The notes beneath the pieces were generated by a model. The model was not told where the DNA came from, did not search any database, and saw only the letters and a program-made list of their open reading frames with translations. A stretch of 16,503 nt of DNA, from positions 1-16,503 of the forward strand of contig JBGANF010000160.1 in the NCBI GenBank assembly GCA_044222475.1. Direction: 5' to 3'. Below are positions 8,063-16,503 of this stretch, in pieces (position 1 is the first letter of the stretch; every line of letters begins with the position of its first letter). Origin of the DNA: Polyangiaceae bacterium (lineage in GTDB: Bacteria; Myxococcota_A; Polyangia; Polyangiales; Polyangiaceae). The translations under genes and the position numbers were made by a program.

Positions 8063-9364
8063 ATGCAAAGTACAAATATCTTTCGCGAAGAAGAGAGCGT
8101 CGCGTTCGGCGGCGGAGGCGCGAAGGTGCGCCGCTACGTCGGAGAGAACGGGCTCCGGCTGCTCGTCCTGTCCGATCGCGCGGCCCCCGTGCTGACGTAC
8201 GCCACGTGGTTTCGCGTCGGATCACGGCACGAGAAGCCGGGGAAGACGGGGCTCGCGCACCTCTTCGAGCACCTGATGTTCAACGAGACCGAGAACCTCA
8301 AGGCGGGCTCGTTCGATCGCAAGCTCGAGGAAGCGGGCGCGGAGAGCAACGCGGCGACCTGGCTCGACTGGACCTACTACCACGAGTCCGTCCCCAAGGA
8401 CCGGCTCGGGCTCGTCGTGAAGCTCGAGGCGGATCGCATGGCACGGCTCGTCCTGCGCGAGCCGCAGGTCACCAGCGAGAAGGACGTCGTCGCCAACGAG
8501 CGCCGCTACCGCGTCGACGACGACGTGGAGGGCACCGCCAACGAGGTCCTCTACAAGACTGCGTTCACCAAGCACCCGTACCACTGGCCGACGATCGGTT
8601 GGATGAGCGACATCGAAGGGTTCACCCCCCAAGACTGCGCGATCTTCTACCGCACGTACTACGCGCCGAACAACGCGACGATCGTCCTCGTCGGTGACGT
8701 GCGCGAGAAGGACGTGCTCGCGAAGATCTCGGCGGCCTACGGTGGCATCGCTCCGTCGCCGATTCCGCCGGAGGACGCCGAGCCCGAGCCGCACCAGACC
8801 GAAGAGCGGCGCGTCACGCTGACGAAGCCCACGCCGACCGAAAAGATCGTCCTCGGGTACAAGGGGCCGGCCCTCGGCGACGCCGATCACGTGCCCCTGT
8901 CGGTGCTCTCGGAGATCCTCTTCGGCGGACGCGGCTCGCGTCTGTTCCGCGCGATGTTCGTCGAGCACGAGCTCGTCAGCGATTTCCGCGGCTGGGTGAG
9001 CACGTTCGCCGAGCCCGGCCTCTACGAGATGTACTTCACCGCTCGCGCCGGCGTGAAAGCCGACGCCATCCTCGAGGTGCTCGAGCGCGAGCTCGAGCGA
9101 GCTCGACGCGACGTCGTCACCGACGACGAGCTCGCCCGCGCCAAGGCTCGGCTCGAGCTCGGCTCGCTCCAAGGTCTCGACACCACCCACGGCAAGGCCG
9201 AGCAGATCGGCTTCTACGACACGGTGCTCGGCGATCCCGCCGCGATCTTCCGCCGGCTCGAGGCGTACCGCCGTGTCACGGCGTCGGACCTGCGCCGCGT
9301 CGCCCGCCGGTGGCTCGTGACGACGGCCCGCACGACCGTGATCGTCGTCCCGGAGGCAACGTGA
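8063..9364 (+). CDS. M16B zinc peptidase, catalytic subunit
   Basis: GKTGLAHLFEHLMF inverted HXXEH motif, NAAT, HPYHWPTIGW, YYAPNNA. An alternative in-frame GTG start at 8126 has GGAGG at 8114-8118. No signal peptide is evident. Confidence 0.93.
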   Translation: MQSTNIFREEESVAFGGGGAKVRRYVGENGLRLLVLSDRAAPVLTYATWFRVGSRHEKPGKTGLAHLFEHLMFNETENLKAGSFDRKLEEAGAESNAATWLDWTYYHESVPKDRLGLVVKLEADRMARLVLREPQVTSEKDVVANERRYRVDDDVEGTANEVLYKTAFTKHPYHWPTIGWMSDIEGFTPQDCAIFYRTYYAPNNATIVLVGDVREKDVLAKISAAYGGIAPSPIPPEDAEPEPHQTEERRVTLTKPTPTEKIVLGYKGPALGDADHVPLSVLSEILFGGRGSRLFRAMFVEHELVSDFRGWVSTFAEPGLYEMYFTARAGVKADAILEVLERELERARRDVVTDDELARAKARLELGSLQGLDTTHGKAEQIGFYDTVLGDPAAIFRRLEAYRRVTASDLRRVARRWLVTTARTTVIVVPEAT

Positions 9365-10686
9365 CCGCAGGTCTTGGGAAGGTCGCTCGCGCGAAGCTCC
9401 CGTCCGGAGCGAGCCTCGTCCTCGAGACCTCCAAGGTTCTGCCGCTGGTGTCGATCGTGGTCGCGTTCCGCAGCGGGGCCGCGCTCGACGAGCCGGGCAA
9501 GGAGGGCCGCGCTCGCCTCGCCGTCCGCATGCTCCGCCGCGGGAGCAAGGGCCTCGACGCCGCGTCGACGGAGGCCGCTCTCGATCGACTCGGCGCCGAG
9601 CTCGGCGCGGAGGTGAGCACGTCGTCGGTCGTCGTCTACGCCCAGGTGCTCAGCCGCAACCTGCCGCAAGTCGCCGACCTCCTGCGCCGCATCCTCGCCG
9701 AGCCCGAGTTCCCGAAGGACGAGCTCGGGCGCCTCCTCCGCGAGACCAAGGCCGAGATCGTCGACTCGCGCGACAACGATCGCGCGCTCTGCGACAAGTT
9801 CTTCCGTCGAGCCCTCTTCGACGGGCACCCGTACGGGCGAACCGTCCGCGGCACCGACGCGAGCCTCGACCAGCTCGGCGACGCCGACGTGCGCGCGGCG
9901 CATGCGCTCCACCTTCGACCGAACGACGCGATCGTCGCCTTCGCCGGCGACGTCGACGAGCCCGCCGCTCGCGAGCTCGCCGAGAAGATCCTCTCCGGTC
10001 TCGCGCCGGGAACATCCACGCCCGATCCGGTCACCGAGCCGACGCCCAAGGCCGGCCGCCACCTCGTCTTCGTCGACAAGCCGGAGCGCACGCAGACCCA
10101 GATCCTGATCGGGAGCCTCGGTACGAGCGCTCACGACCCCGATCACGTCCCGCTGAGCGTCGCCAACGGCGTCTTCGGAGGCACGTTCACTTCGCGTCTC
10201 ATGCGAGAAGTCCGGTCGAAGCGCGGCTGGTCGTACGGAGCGAGCGCGCGCCTTTCGCTCGAGCGCCACCGGCACTCGTTCGCCATGTGGACGTTCCCTG
10301 CCGCGAAGGACGCCGCGGCGTGCATCGCGCTCGAGATCGAGCTTCTCGCCAAGGCCATCGAGGGCGGCATCACCCCGCGCGAGCTCACGTTCATGCAGCG
10401 CTACCTCGTCCGTTCCCACGCGTTCGAGGTCGACACGGCGCAGAAGCGCGTCCACCAGGAGCTCGACGTCGAGCTCCTGGGGCTCCCGGCGGACTACCAC
10501 TCCGCCTGGCTCGACAAAGTGCGCGCGGTCACCGTCGATCAGGCCAACGCCGCGCTGCGCGCCCGGCTCTCCACCAAGGACCTCCTCGTCACCGTGGTCG
10601 GCACGGCGAGCGAGCTGCTCGCGCCGATCTCCGCGGCGATCCCCGATCTCGCGAGCACGCAGGTGGTCCCCTTCGACGCGCCATGA
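9361..10686 (+). CDS. M16B peptidase, non-catalytic partner subunit, about 441 aa
   Basis: GTG 9361 overlaps the upstream TGA. It lacks HXXEH (RLAVRML) but has HPYGR and the SRLMREVRSKRGWSYG R/Y motif. Confidence 0.9.
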   Translation: MTAGLGKVARAKLPSGASLVLETSKVLPLVSIVVAFRSGAALDEPGKEGRARLAVRMLRRGSKGLDAASTEAALDRLGAELGAEVSTSSVVVYAQVLSRNLPQVADLLRRILAEPEFPKDELGRLLRETKAEIVDSRDNDRALCDKFFRRALFDGHPYGRTVRGTDASLDQLGDADVRAAHALHLRPNDAIVAFAGDVDEPAARELAEKILSGLAPGTSTPDPVTEPTPKAGRHLVFVDKPERTQTQILIGSLGTSAHDPDHVPLSVANGVFGGTFTSRLMREVRSKRGWSYGASARLSLERHRHSFAMWTFPAAKDAAACIALEIELLAKAIEGGITPRELTFMQRYLVRSHAFEVDTAQKRVHQELDVELLGLPADYHSAWLDKVRAVTVDQANAALRARLSTKDLLVTVVGTASELLAPISAAIPDLASTQVVPFDAP

Positions 10687-11636
10687 CGTCCCGCCGCCGA
10701 GTCTTCGTCAGCGCGCCGCTCCTGGGCGACGGCGTCGCTCGGCTCGAAGCTCGCTGCGACGTCGTCGTCGGCCGCACGTCGGTCGGAGTCGCGGAGCTTC
10801 CGACCGGACCCTTCGACGCGATCGTGTCGATGCTCACCGATCGCATCGACGACGCGCTCCTCGCGCGGCTACCTGGGCTCGCGCTCGTGGCGAACGTCGC
10901 GGTCGGCGTCGACAACGTCGACCTCGCCGCGTGCCGCGCGCGCGGCGTCGCGGTGACGAACACGCCCGACGTGCTCACCGACGCCACCGCCGACCTCGCG
11001 TTCGCCTTGCTCCTCGCGGCCGCGCGCCGAGTCGCCGAAGGCGATCGGCTCCTCCGCGCCGGCACGTTTCCGCCGTGGACGCTCGAGACGATGCTCGGGA
11101 CGACGGTGCACCACCGCACGATCGGCATCGTCGGCTTCGGCCGCATCGGGCGCGCCGTCGCCCGGCGCGCGCGCGGCTTCGAGATGAATGTACTCTACAC
11201 TCAACGCCATCGCGCTCCCGCCGCGGTCGAGGCCGACCTCGGCGCGACCCACGTCTCGCTCGACGAGCTGACGGCGCGATCCGATTTCGTCACGCTCCAC
11301 TGCCCCCTCACCCCCGAGACGCGGGGCCTCTTCGGCGAGGCCCGCTTCGCGGCGATGAAGCCGGGTGCGATCTTCGTGAACACGGCTCGCGGCGGCTGCG
11401 TCGACGAGGCGGCGCTCGCCCGCGCGCTGGCGCGCGGGCACCTCGGCGGCGCCGGCCTCGACGTGTTCGCCGCGGAGCCGGCGGTCGATCCGGCGCTGCT
11501 CGCGGAGCCGCGGGTGGTGCTCACTCCTCATGTAGGGAGCGCCGAGCTCGCCACCCGCACCGCGATGGCGCGGGTCGCGGTCGACAACGTCGTGGCCTGG
11601 CTCTCCGGGAGCCCCCTGCTCACCCCCGTCGCGTAG
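10683..11636 (+). CDS. D-2-hydroxyacid dehydrogenase (glyoxylate/hydroxypyruvate reductase-type), 317 aa
   Basis: ATG 10683 in an ATGA overlap; AVGVDNVD, NTPDVLT, GIVGFGRIG, VNTARG, GLDVF..EP, PHVGSA. The ORF-track start at 10287 is a spurious extension. Confidence 0.93.
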   Translation: MTSRRRVFVSAPLLGDGVARLEARCDVVVGRTSVGVAELPTGPFDAIVSMLTDRIDDALLARLPGLALVANVAVGVDNVDLAACRARGVAVTNTPDVLTDATADLAFALLLAAARRVAEGDRLLRAGTFPPWTLETMLGTTVHHRTIGIVGFGRIGRAVARRARGFEMNVLYTQRHRAPAAVEADLGATHVSLDELTARSDFVTLHCPLTPETRGLFGEARFAAMKPGAIFVNTARGGCVDEAALARALARGHLGGAGLDVFAAEPAVDPALLAEPRVVLTPHVGSAELATRTAMARVAVDNVVAWLSGSPLLTPVA

Positions 11637-11757
11637 CCCGCCGACCTCGGCGACATGTGAGTCCGCGTGCGGGGATGGCGGTCCGAGGCACACGCTTTTT
11701 CCGCCGTGACGCCGTATCGGTCGTGGGCGAGGTACCTTCACTACGAGGTCTGAAGTC

Positions 11758-12948
11758 TTGGAGCCGCGACGCGCACCATCCCTGGCTCTCGTCCCCCCGC
11801 CCGAGCGCGAGCCCGAGTCGGGCGTGGTCGACTCTGCGATGTCCGACGCGTCCCTCGTGGTGGCGACCCGAGCCGGTGACCGCGCCGCTCGGGAGACGCT
11901 CTTTCGGCGCCACGCCCCCGCTGCGTTCGGCTTGGCGCGGAGGCTCCTGGGACGGGCCGACGGCGAGGTCGACGACCTCGTGCAGGAGAGCCTCCTCGCG
12001 TGCGTGCGCGGCCTCGACCGCCTCGAGACGCCAGCCGCGTTCGGCTCCTGGCTGTCGGGCATCGTCGTGCGCACCGCGTGCAAGGTGATCCGGCGGCGCA
12101 CGATCGCGACGCGACTCGGCCTGCGGCGGAGCGGCCCGGTCGTCGATCTCGACGCGCTCGTCAGCCACGACGCACCGCCCGACGTTCGGGCCGAGCTCCG
12201 CGCGGTCTTTCGATGCCTCGAGCGTCTCCCCGCGCGCGAGCGGGTCGCTCTCGTCCTCCGTCGAGTCGACGGGGCGTCGTACGACGAGATCGCCGAGCTC
12301 ATGGACACGTCACCGCGATCGGCGAAGCGGTGGGTCGAGTCTGCCGAAGACGAGCTCGTCATCGAGCTCGAGCGAGGTGCAACATATTCCCCTCCCGGAA
12401 CCGCGCAACCTGAGTCGATGGGTCCCTTCGCACGTGGACGCTTCGCGAGTCGACCGTGTGGTCGCCCACGCGACGCGAGAGCGCGGGCCCGCCCGTCTGA
12501 TCGGCGTAGGCGGAGTGGCGCTCGCGGCGGCTGCGGCCGCGGCGTGGCTCGTTCTTCATCATCCGGCGGCGCCGGTCGTGGCTCCCGTAGGGCCCGCCGT
12601 CGTGGCGAGCAGCCAAGCCATCGTGCTCCCCGATGGCGCGCGCGTGTCGCCCGAGGCGAACGCCGCCGTCCGCATCGACGTCGCCTCGCGCGAGAACGTC
12701 GCGCTCACGTTGGAGCACGGCGCAGCGGACTTCGTCGTTCCCCACCTCGAGAACCGCCGTTTCGTCGTCCACGCCGGCCCGTTCGACGTCGTCGACGTGG
12801 GCACCACGTTCACCGTTTCGTTGGAGAGCGGGGTCGTTCACGTGGTGGTTCGCGAGGGCGCAGTGGAGGTTCGCCGCGACGGGTCTCTCGTCCGAGTGAT
12901 CGCCGCGAGCGAATCCTGGGACGGCAGCGTCGCCGCCGTCGCGCCTGA
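11758..12948 (+). CDS. ECF sigma factor; the sigma domains end near 12385, but the ORF as sequenced reads through about 187 extra codons
   Basis: TTG 11758 with GAGGT 8 nt upstream (alternative ATG 11839); region 2 GDRAARETLFRRH...DDLVQE...FGSWLSGI; region 4 LERLPARERVALVLRRVDGASYDEIAELM. The tail is an Arg-rich shadow of the FecR gene. Confidence 0.85.
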   Translation: MEPRRAPSLALVPPPEREPESGVVDSAMSDASLVVATRAGDRAARETLFRRHAPAAFGLARRLLGRADGEVDDLVQESLLACVRGLDRLETPAAFGSWLSGIVVRTACKVIRRRTIATRLGLRRSGPVVDLDALVSHDAPPDVRAELRAVFRCLERLPARERVALVLRRVDGASYDEIAELMDTSPRSAKRWVESAEDELVIELERGATYSPPGTAQPESMGPFARGRFASRPCGRPRDARARARPSDRRRRSGARGGCGRGVARSSSSGGAGRGSRRARRRGEQPSHRAPRWRARVARGERRRPHRRRLARERRAHVGARRSGLRRSPPREPPFRRPRRPVRRRRRGHHVHRFVGERGRSRGGSRGRSGGSPRRVSRPSDRRERILGRQRRRRRA

Positions 12949-13381
12949 CTCGGTCGCTCCGCCGACGCTCGCAGCCACGCAGACGGCGAAGGCCACGCAC
13001 GCGTCGACTCCGACGCGCACGCCGAAGGACCTGATGGCCGAGGCCGACGAGGCGCGCATCTCGGGGCGACCGCAGGACGCCGCGAAGGCGCTCGACGCGC
13101 TCCGCAAGCAGTTCCGCAGCGACCCTCGCGCCGGCATCGCCGCGTTCGAGCTCGGCCGCCTCCGGCTCGACGCCCTCGGCGATCCGAAGGGTGCGGTCGA
13201 GGCCCTCGACGACGCGCTGCTGCTCGCGCCGTCGGCCTCGTTCCGCGAGGACGCCGAGGCGCGCCGTGTGGAGGCGCTCGACCGCAGTCACGACGCTCGT
13301 TGCGCCAGCGCACGAGACGCGTACGCTGTGCACTACCCGAGCGGAGTGCATGCAGCGGACGTCGCCCAGCGTTGTCGATGA
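12377..13381 (+). CDS. FecR-domain anti-sigma factor with one TM helix and a C-terminal TPR-like domain
   Basis: TM segment LIGVGGVALAAAAAAAWLVL; FecR pattern LPDGARV...LEHGAADFVV...FVVHAG...VGTTFTV...V.VREGAVEV; Ala/Thr/Pro linker; helical TPR-like end (ARDAYAVHYPSGVH). Confidence 0.85.
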   Translation: MQHIPLPEPRNLSRWVPSHVDASRVDRVVAHATRERGPARLIGVGGVALAAAAAAAWLVLHHPAAPVVAPVGPAVVASSQAIVLPDGARVSPEANAAVRIDVASRENVALTLEHGAADFVVPHLENRRFVVHAGPFDVVDVGTTFTVSLESGVVHVVVREGAVEVRRDGSLVRVIAASESWDGSVAAVAPDSVAPPTLAATQTAKATHASTPTRTPKDLMAEADEARISGRPQDAAKALDALRKQFRSDPRAGIAAFELGRLRLDALGDPKGAVEALDDALLLAPSASFREDAEARRVEALDRSHDARCASARDAYAVHYPSGVHAADVAQRCR

Positions 13382-14385
13382 GGACTAGACGGCGCGCCAT
13401 CGCGTGCGCCGTCGCCACCGTGATGGGCGCCACGTCACCGGCCTGGGCCGAAGGCCCTCGGTGCGACGGCAGCCGGCCCATCGTCCACGCCTCGGTCGAC
13501 GAGGGCGTCGCGATCGATCGGGACCGGCTCCTCCGGCTCCTGCGGATCGAGCTCGAGTCGCGCGGGCTCGACCTGTGCGATCCATCGGATCGGAAGCCCA
13601 TCGCGGTCCTCCGCCTCGCCGCGCACGAAGGCGACGTGACGCTCACGGTCGAGGCGCGTGACCGCATCACGGCCAAGGAGCTGAAGCGAGACGTGCCGGT
13701 GGGGAACTACCCGGAGGACGCCCGCCCGCTTCTCGTCGCCGTCGCGATGGACGAGCTGCTCCGCGCGAGCTGGGCGGAGCTCGTGCTCAAGGACGCTCCC
13801 GCTCCGGCCGAGCCCCCGCCGAAGGCCGTCACGGACGTGGTCGCCGACGTCGCGCGACCGGCGCAGGCTCGCCCCTTGCGCGCGCGAGTCGGCGCCAGCG
13901 CGGCCATCGATCACTTCGCCCAAGGAGCGACGCTCCTCGGCGGTGACCTCGCGTTCGGGATCTGGCTCACCTCGCGGTTCGCGCTGTCCCTCCGGTTGGG
14001 CCTCCGCGGCGCCTTCTCCAGCGACTCCGCGAGCGGGTCCGTGTCGCCCAGCATGATCGCCGGCGGCGCGGCCGCGAGCTTCACCATCACGCCGCCGACC
14101 GCGATCGCCGGGTTGGACGCCACCGCGAGCGTCTCCGTCGCCCGCGTCTCGTTCGGGGCGACCGCCAACGAGGGCGCACGGGCGACGCCGCAGAGCGAGG
14201 GCACGGTGCTGATCGACGGGGGCGCCGAGGGGTGGCTGCTCCTCGGCCGCTGGGTCCGCCTCACCGCGACGCTGCTCTACGTCCAGCCGCTGCGCCCCGT
14301 GCGCGCGCTCGACGGCAACGCCGTGGTCGTCGGGGTCGGTGGACCGGGCATCGGTGGAGGGCTGGGCGCATGCGCCACCTTCTGA
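13378..14385 (+). CDS. Secreted protein, 335 aa: N-terminal alpha/beta domain and probable C-terminal outer-membrane beta-barrel
   Basis: ATG 13378 in an ATGA overlap; signal peptide ending AWA; Pro-rich linker (APAPAEPPP); amphipathic Gly-rich strands; terminal Phe (GLGACATF). Confidence 0.7.
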   Translation: MRTRRRAIACAVATVMGATSPAWAEGPRCDGSRPIVHASVDEGVAIDRDRLLRLLRIELESRGLDLCDPSDRKPIAVLRLAAHEGDVTLTVEARDRITAKELKRDVPVGNYPEDARPLLVAVAMDELLRASWAELVLKDAPAPAEPPPKAVTDVVADVARPAQARPLRARVGASAAIDHFAQGATLLGGDLAFGIWLTSRFALSLRLGLRGAFSSDSASGSVSPSMIAGGAAASFTITPPTAIAGLDATASVSVARVSFGATANEGARATPQSEGTVLIDGGAEGWLLLGRWVRLTATLLYVQPLRPVRALDGNAVVVGVGGPGIGGGLGACATF

Positions 14386-15518
14386 TCGCCGCGCTCGTGT
14401 CGTCGCTCGCTGCGTGCGAAGCGTCGAACCTCGTCGTGCTCGATCGACCCGACGCGAGCGCCGCCGGCGACGTCTCCGCCGAGTGCAGCGGGAAGAAGAA
14501 CGTCGGCACCGCCTGCGCGGACTCGACGGAGTGTTGCTCCGGTCTGTGCGCGATCGACCTGCTGGGTCAGCTCACGTGCCGCCAACCGGTGGGCTGCAAG
14601 GGCATCGGCAGCCCGTGCAGCGCGGCGGGCGAGTGCTGCTCCCTCGGCTGCACCGGCCCCGCCGGCAGCCGCACGTGCAGCACCGCGCCGTGCGCACCCT
14701 CGGGTGCCGCCTGCACCGAGAGCCCTGATTGCTGCGGCGGGCGGTGCACCGGCAACACGTGCGCCGCGCCGACCACCTGCCGCCCCGCCGGCGAGGTGTG
14801 CACCGCCGACGGCGAGTGCTGCGGTCGCGTGTGCGAGAAGCGAGGGACCGAGCGACGGTGCGCCCTCCTCCAGGGGTGCCGCGTCGTCGGCGAGATCTGC
14901 TCGGTGGGCACCGCGTGCTGCTCCACGCGGTGTGTCGCTGGCGGCGATGGCGTGGGGCGATGCGCGCCTCTGGGGGCGTGCACCGCGGGGGACGGTGTCG
15001 CTTGCGCGTCGGCCGTGGACGACGTCTGCGTCGTCGACGACGACTGCTGCTCGCGTCGATGCGCGCCCACGTCCGACGGCACGCGGCGTTGCGCGGCGAT
15101 CGGCGGATGCCGTCCGACTTGCGAGACGTGCGCCCGCGACGGCGACTGCTGCGGGGGTCAATGCAGCGTCGACGGCGACGGGGTGTCGCGCTGCACGGCG
15201 AAGGCGTGCGGTGCCACCGGCGACACGTGCCTGAAGCCGACGCAGTGCTGCACGGGCCCGTGCGCTCCCGAGCCGGCGAGCGCGGGAGCTCGCCGTTGCG
15301 GGCCGACCGGCCCGTGCGTGGCCGAGGGAGGCGCGTGCGCGAGCTCGGGGGCGTGCTGCGCGGGCCGCTGCGCGCCGAACGCACAGTTCGAGCTTCGTTG
15401 CACGACGTCGTGCGCGCCCGACGGGGCGCCGTGCTCGGTGCGGGCCGACTGCTGCTTCGGGACCTCGACGTGCGCCCGCGATGGCACGGAGCTGCGCTGC
15501 GTACCCCTCGTCAAATGA
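14370..15518 (+). CDS. Cys-rich lipoprotein with 10 C-C-CC-C-C repeats, 382 aa
   Basis: GGAGG 14356-14360 and ATG 14370; lipobox LAA-C; repeats such as CAPSGAACTESPDCCGGRCTGNTC. Overlaps the upstream gene by 16 nt. Confidence 0.85.
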   Translation: MRHLLIAALVSSLAACEASNLVVLDRPDASAAGDVSAECSGKKNVGTACADSTECCSGLCAIDLLGQLTCRQPVGCKGIGSPCSAAGECCSLGCTGPAGSRTCSTAPCAPSGAACTESPDCCGGRCTGNTCAAPTTCRPAGEVCTADGECCGRVCEKRGTERRCALLQGCRVVGEICSVGTACCSTRCVAGGDGVGRCAPLGACTAGDGVACASAVDDVCVVDDDCCSRRCAPTSDGTRRCAAIGGCRPTCETCARDGDCCGGQCSVDGDGVSRCTAKACGATGDTCLKPTQCCTGPCAPEPASAGARRCGPTGPCVAEGGACASSGACCAGRCAPNAQFELRCTTSCAPDGAPCSVRADCCFGTSTCARDGTELRCVPLVK

Positions 15519-15634
15519 GGAGGTGAGCGGACGGTGTCGGGCGTTATCCCACCTATCTTGGCGGAGATTTGCCGGTTCAAGGAGGCCCAGAGTACCTAGC
15601 GTCTGATGACTGCACGTTCGTTCGGGAGGCCCTC

Positions 15635-16503
15635 ATGATGCGTCGAATTTGGCTCGCGGCTTTGGTTGCTTCGGGAATCGGCATCGCGACGTGGGTCGGC
15701 GGCTGCGGTGGTGACGACACCGTGGTCGTGGACGACGCCTCGACCGACGGCACGAACCCGGACCAGATCGTCGGCGACGGCGGCGCGTGCGGCCTGACCG
15801 GCTCGCAGTGTACGAAGCCGACCGACTGCTGCAGCGCGAACTGTACGAGCCTCGGCGTGTGCGGGGCCCCCATCAACAACTGCAAGCCGGCTAACGACAC
15901 TTGCGTGAACGGCACCGACTGCTGTTCGCTCGCGTGCGTCAACGGCAAGTGCGGCACCACCTGCGTCAGCGACAACCAGGCTTGCACCACCAACGGCGAG
16001 TGCTGCGGCCAGGTATGCACGGCGAACAAGTGCGCGCCGCTCAACGGGAGCTGCAAGACGTCGGGCAACTCGTGCACCACGAGCGGCGAGTGCTGTTCCA
16101 AGATCTGCCAGGGGGGCATCTGCCTCCAGCAGGTCTCGTTCTGCGCGCAGACCGGCGACATCTGCAAGGCGAACTCCGACTGCTGCGGCAACAGCTGCGT
16201 GAAGGCGCCGAACGCTTCGGTCGGTGTGTGCGCCATTCCGCCGGCGCCCGGCGGAACCGGCTGCGACATCGCCGGCATCGTGTGCGGCACCTTCGACGGC
16301 GGCATTGGGGACGGCGGCATCCCGGCGTGCGGCGGCAACTGCTGCAGCCGCGCGTGCGCGCCTGGTCTCGTCCCGAACATCAGCGTCTGTCAGCCGCCGA
16401 GCGGCTGCAAGCCGACCGGTGAGATCTGCGCGACCAGCGACGACTGCTGCGGCTCGGCCAACAACAAGGGCGGGGGCAACGGAAGCGTGACGTGCTCCAA
16501 GGC
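15635..16503 (+). CDS. Cys-rich repeat lipoprotein, 3' end outside the window (absent from the ORF track)
   Basis: GGAGG 15625-15629; hand translation gives MMRRIWLAALVASGIGIATWVGG-C, then repeats such as CKPANDTCVNGTDCCSLACVNGKC. The frame stays open to the window end (289 codons). Confidence 0.9.
   Translation, partial: MMRRIWLAALVASGIGIATWVGGCGGDDTVVVDDASTDGTNPDQIVGDGGACGLTGSQCTKPTDCCSANCTSLGVCGAPINNCKPANDTCVNGTDCCSLACVNGKCGTTCVSDNQACTTNGECCGQVCTANKCAPLNGSCKTSGNSCTTSGECCSKICQGGICLQQVSFCAQTGDICKANSDCCGNSCVKAPNASVGVCAIPPAPGGTGCDIAGIVCGTFDGGIGDGGIPACGGNCCSRACAPGLVPNISVCQPPSGCKPTGEICATSDDCCGSANNKGGGNGSVTCSK

Noticed and set aside
12388..12948. Genuine C-terminal regulatory extension or sigma/anti-sigma fusion
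   Set aside because: The tail is Arg-rich off-frame sequence over the FecR gene and is better explained by a single-base loss at the junction.
15590..15606. Shared ECF promoter motif (GTACCT...GTCTGA) also seen near 11732-11753
   Set aside because: Spacing between the two parts differs between the sites and no consistent -35 element is visible, so it is too weak to call.
15577..16380. Gln/Pro-rich minus-strand ORF (and 15901..16422 on plus)
   Set aside because: The QQ/QH pattern is the reverse complement of Cys codons in the real plus-strand lipoprotein gene starting at 15635, and the plus ORF is an off-frame shadow of that gene.

Overview
GC-rich bacterial chromosomal DNA, most consistent with a myxobacterium (Polyangiales-like; inferred from gene types). 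The left and middle parts are mostly housekeeping genes: a CGTNNN hexamer tandem array, an RluB-type pseudouridine synthase sharing a CATG start site with a divergent cupin gene, an inverted-repeat element, two paralogous DxDxDG-repeat lipoproteins, a ribbon-helix-helix protein, lepA, a SMI1/KNR4-like multidomain protein, an M16 peptidase pair and a D-2-hydroxyacid dehydrogenase. The right end holds the most interesting unit, a candidate cell-surface signalling cassette with no TonB-dependent receptor. It comprises an ECF sigma factor, a FecR/TPR anti-sigma, a small putative outer-membrane barrel and a 10-repeat knottin-like Cys-rich lipoprotein, followed by a second similar lipoprotein that the ORF track misses. 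The sigma/anti-sigma junction appears to lack one G, which removes both the sigma stop codon and the anti-sigma ATG. No rRNA, tRNA, CRISPR array or transposase was seen.
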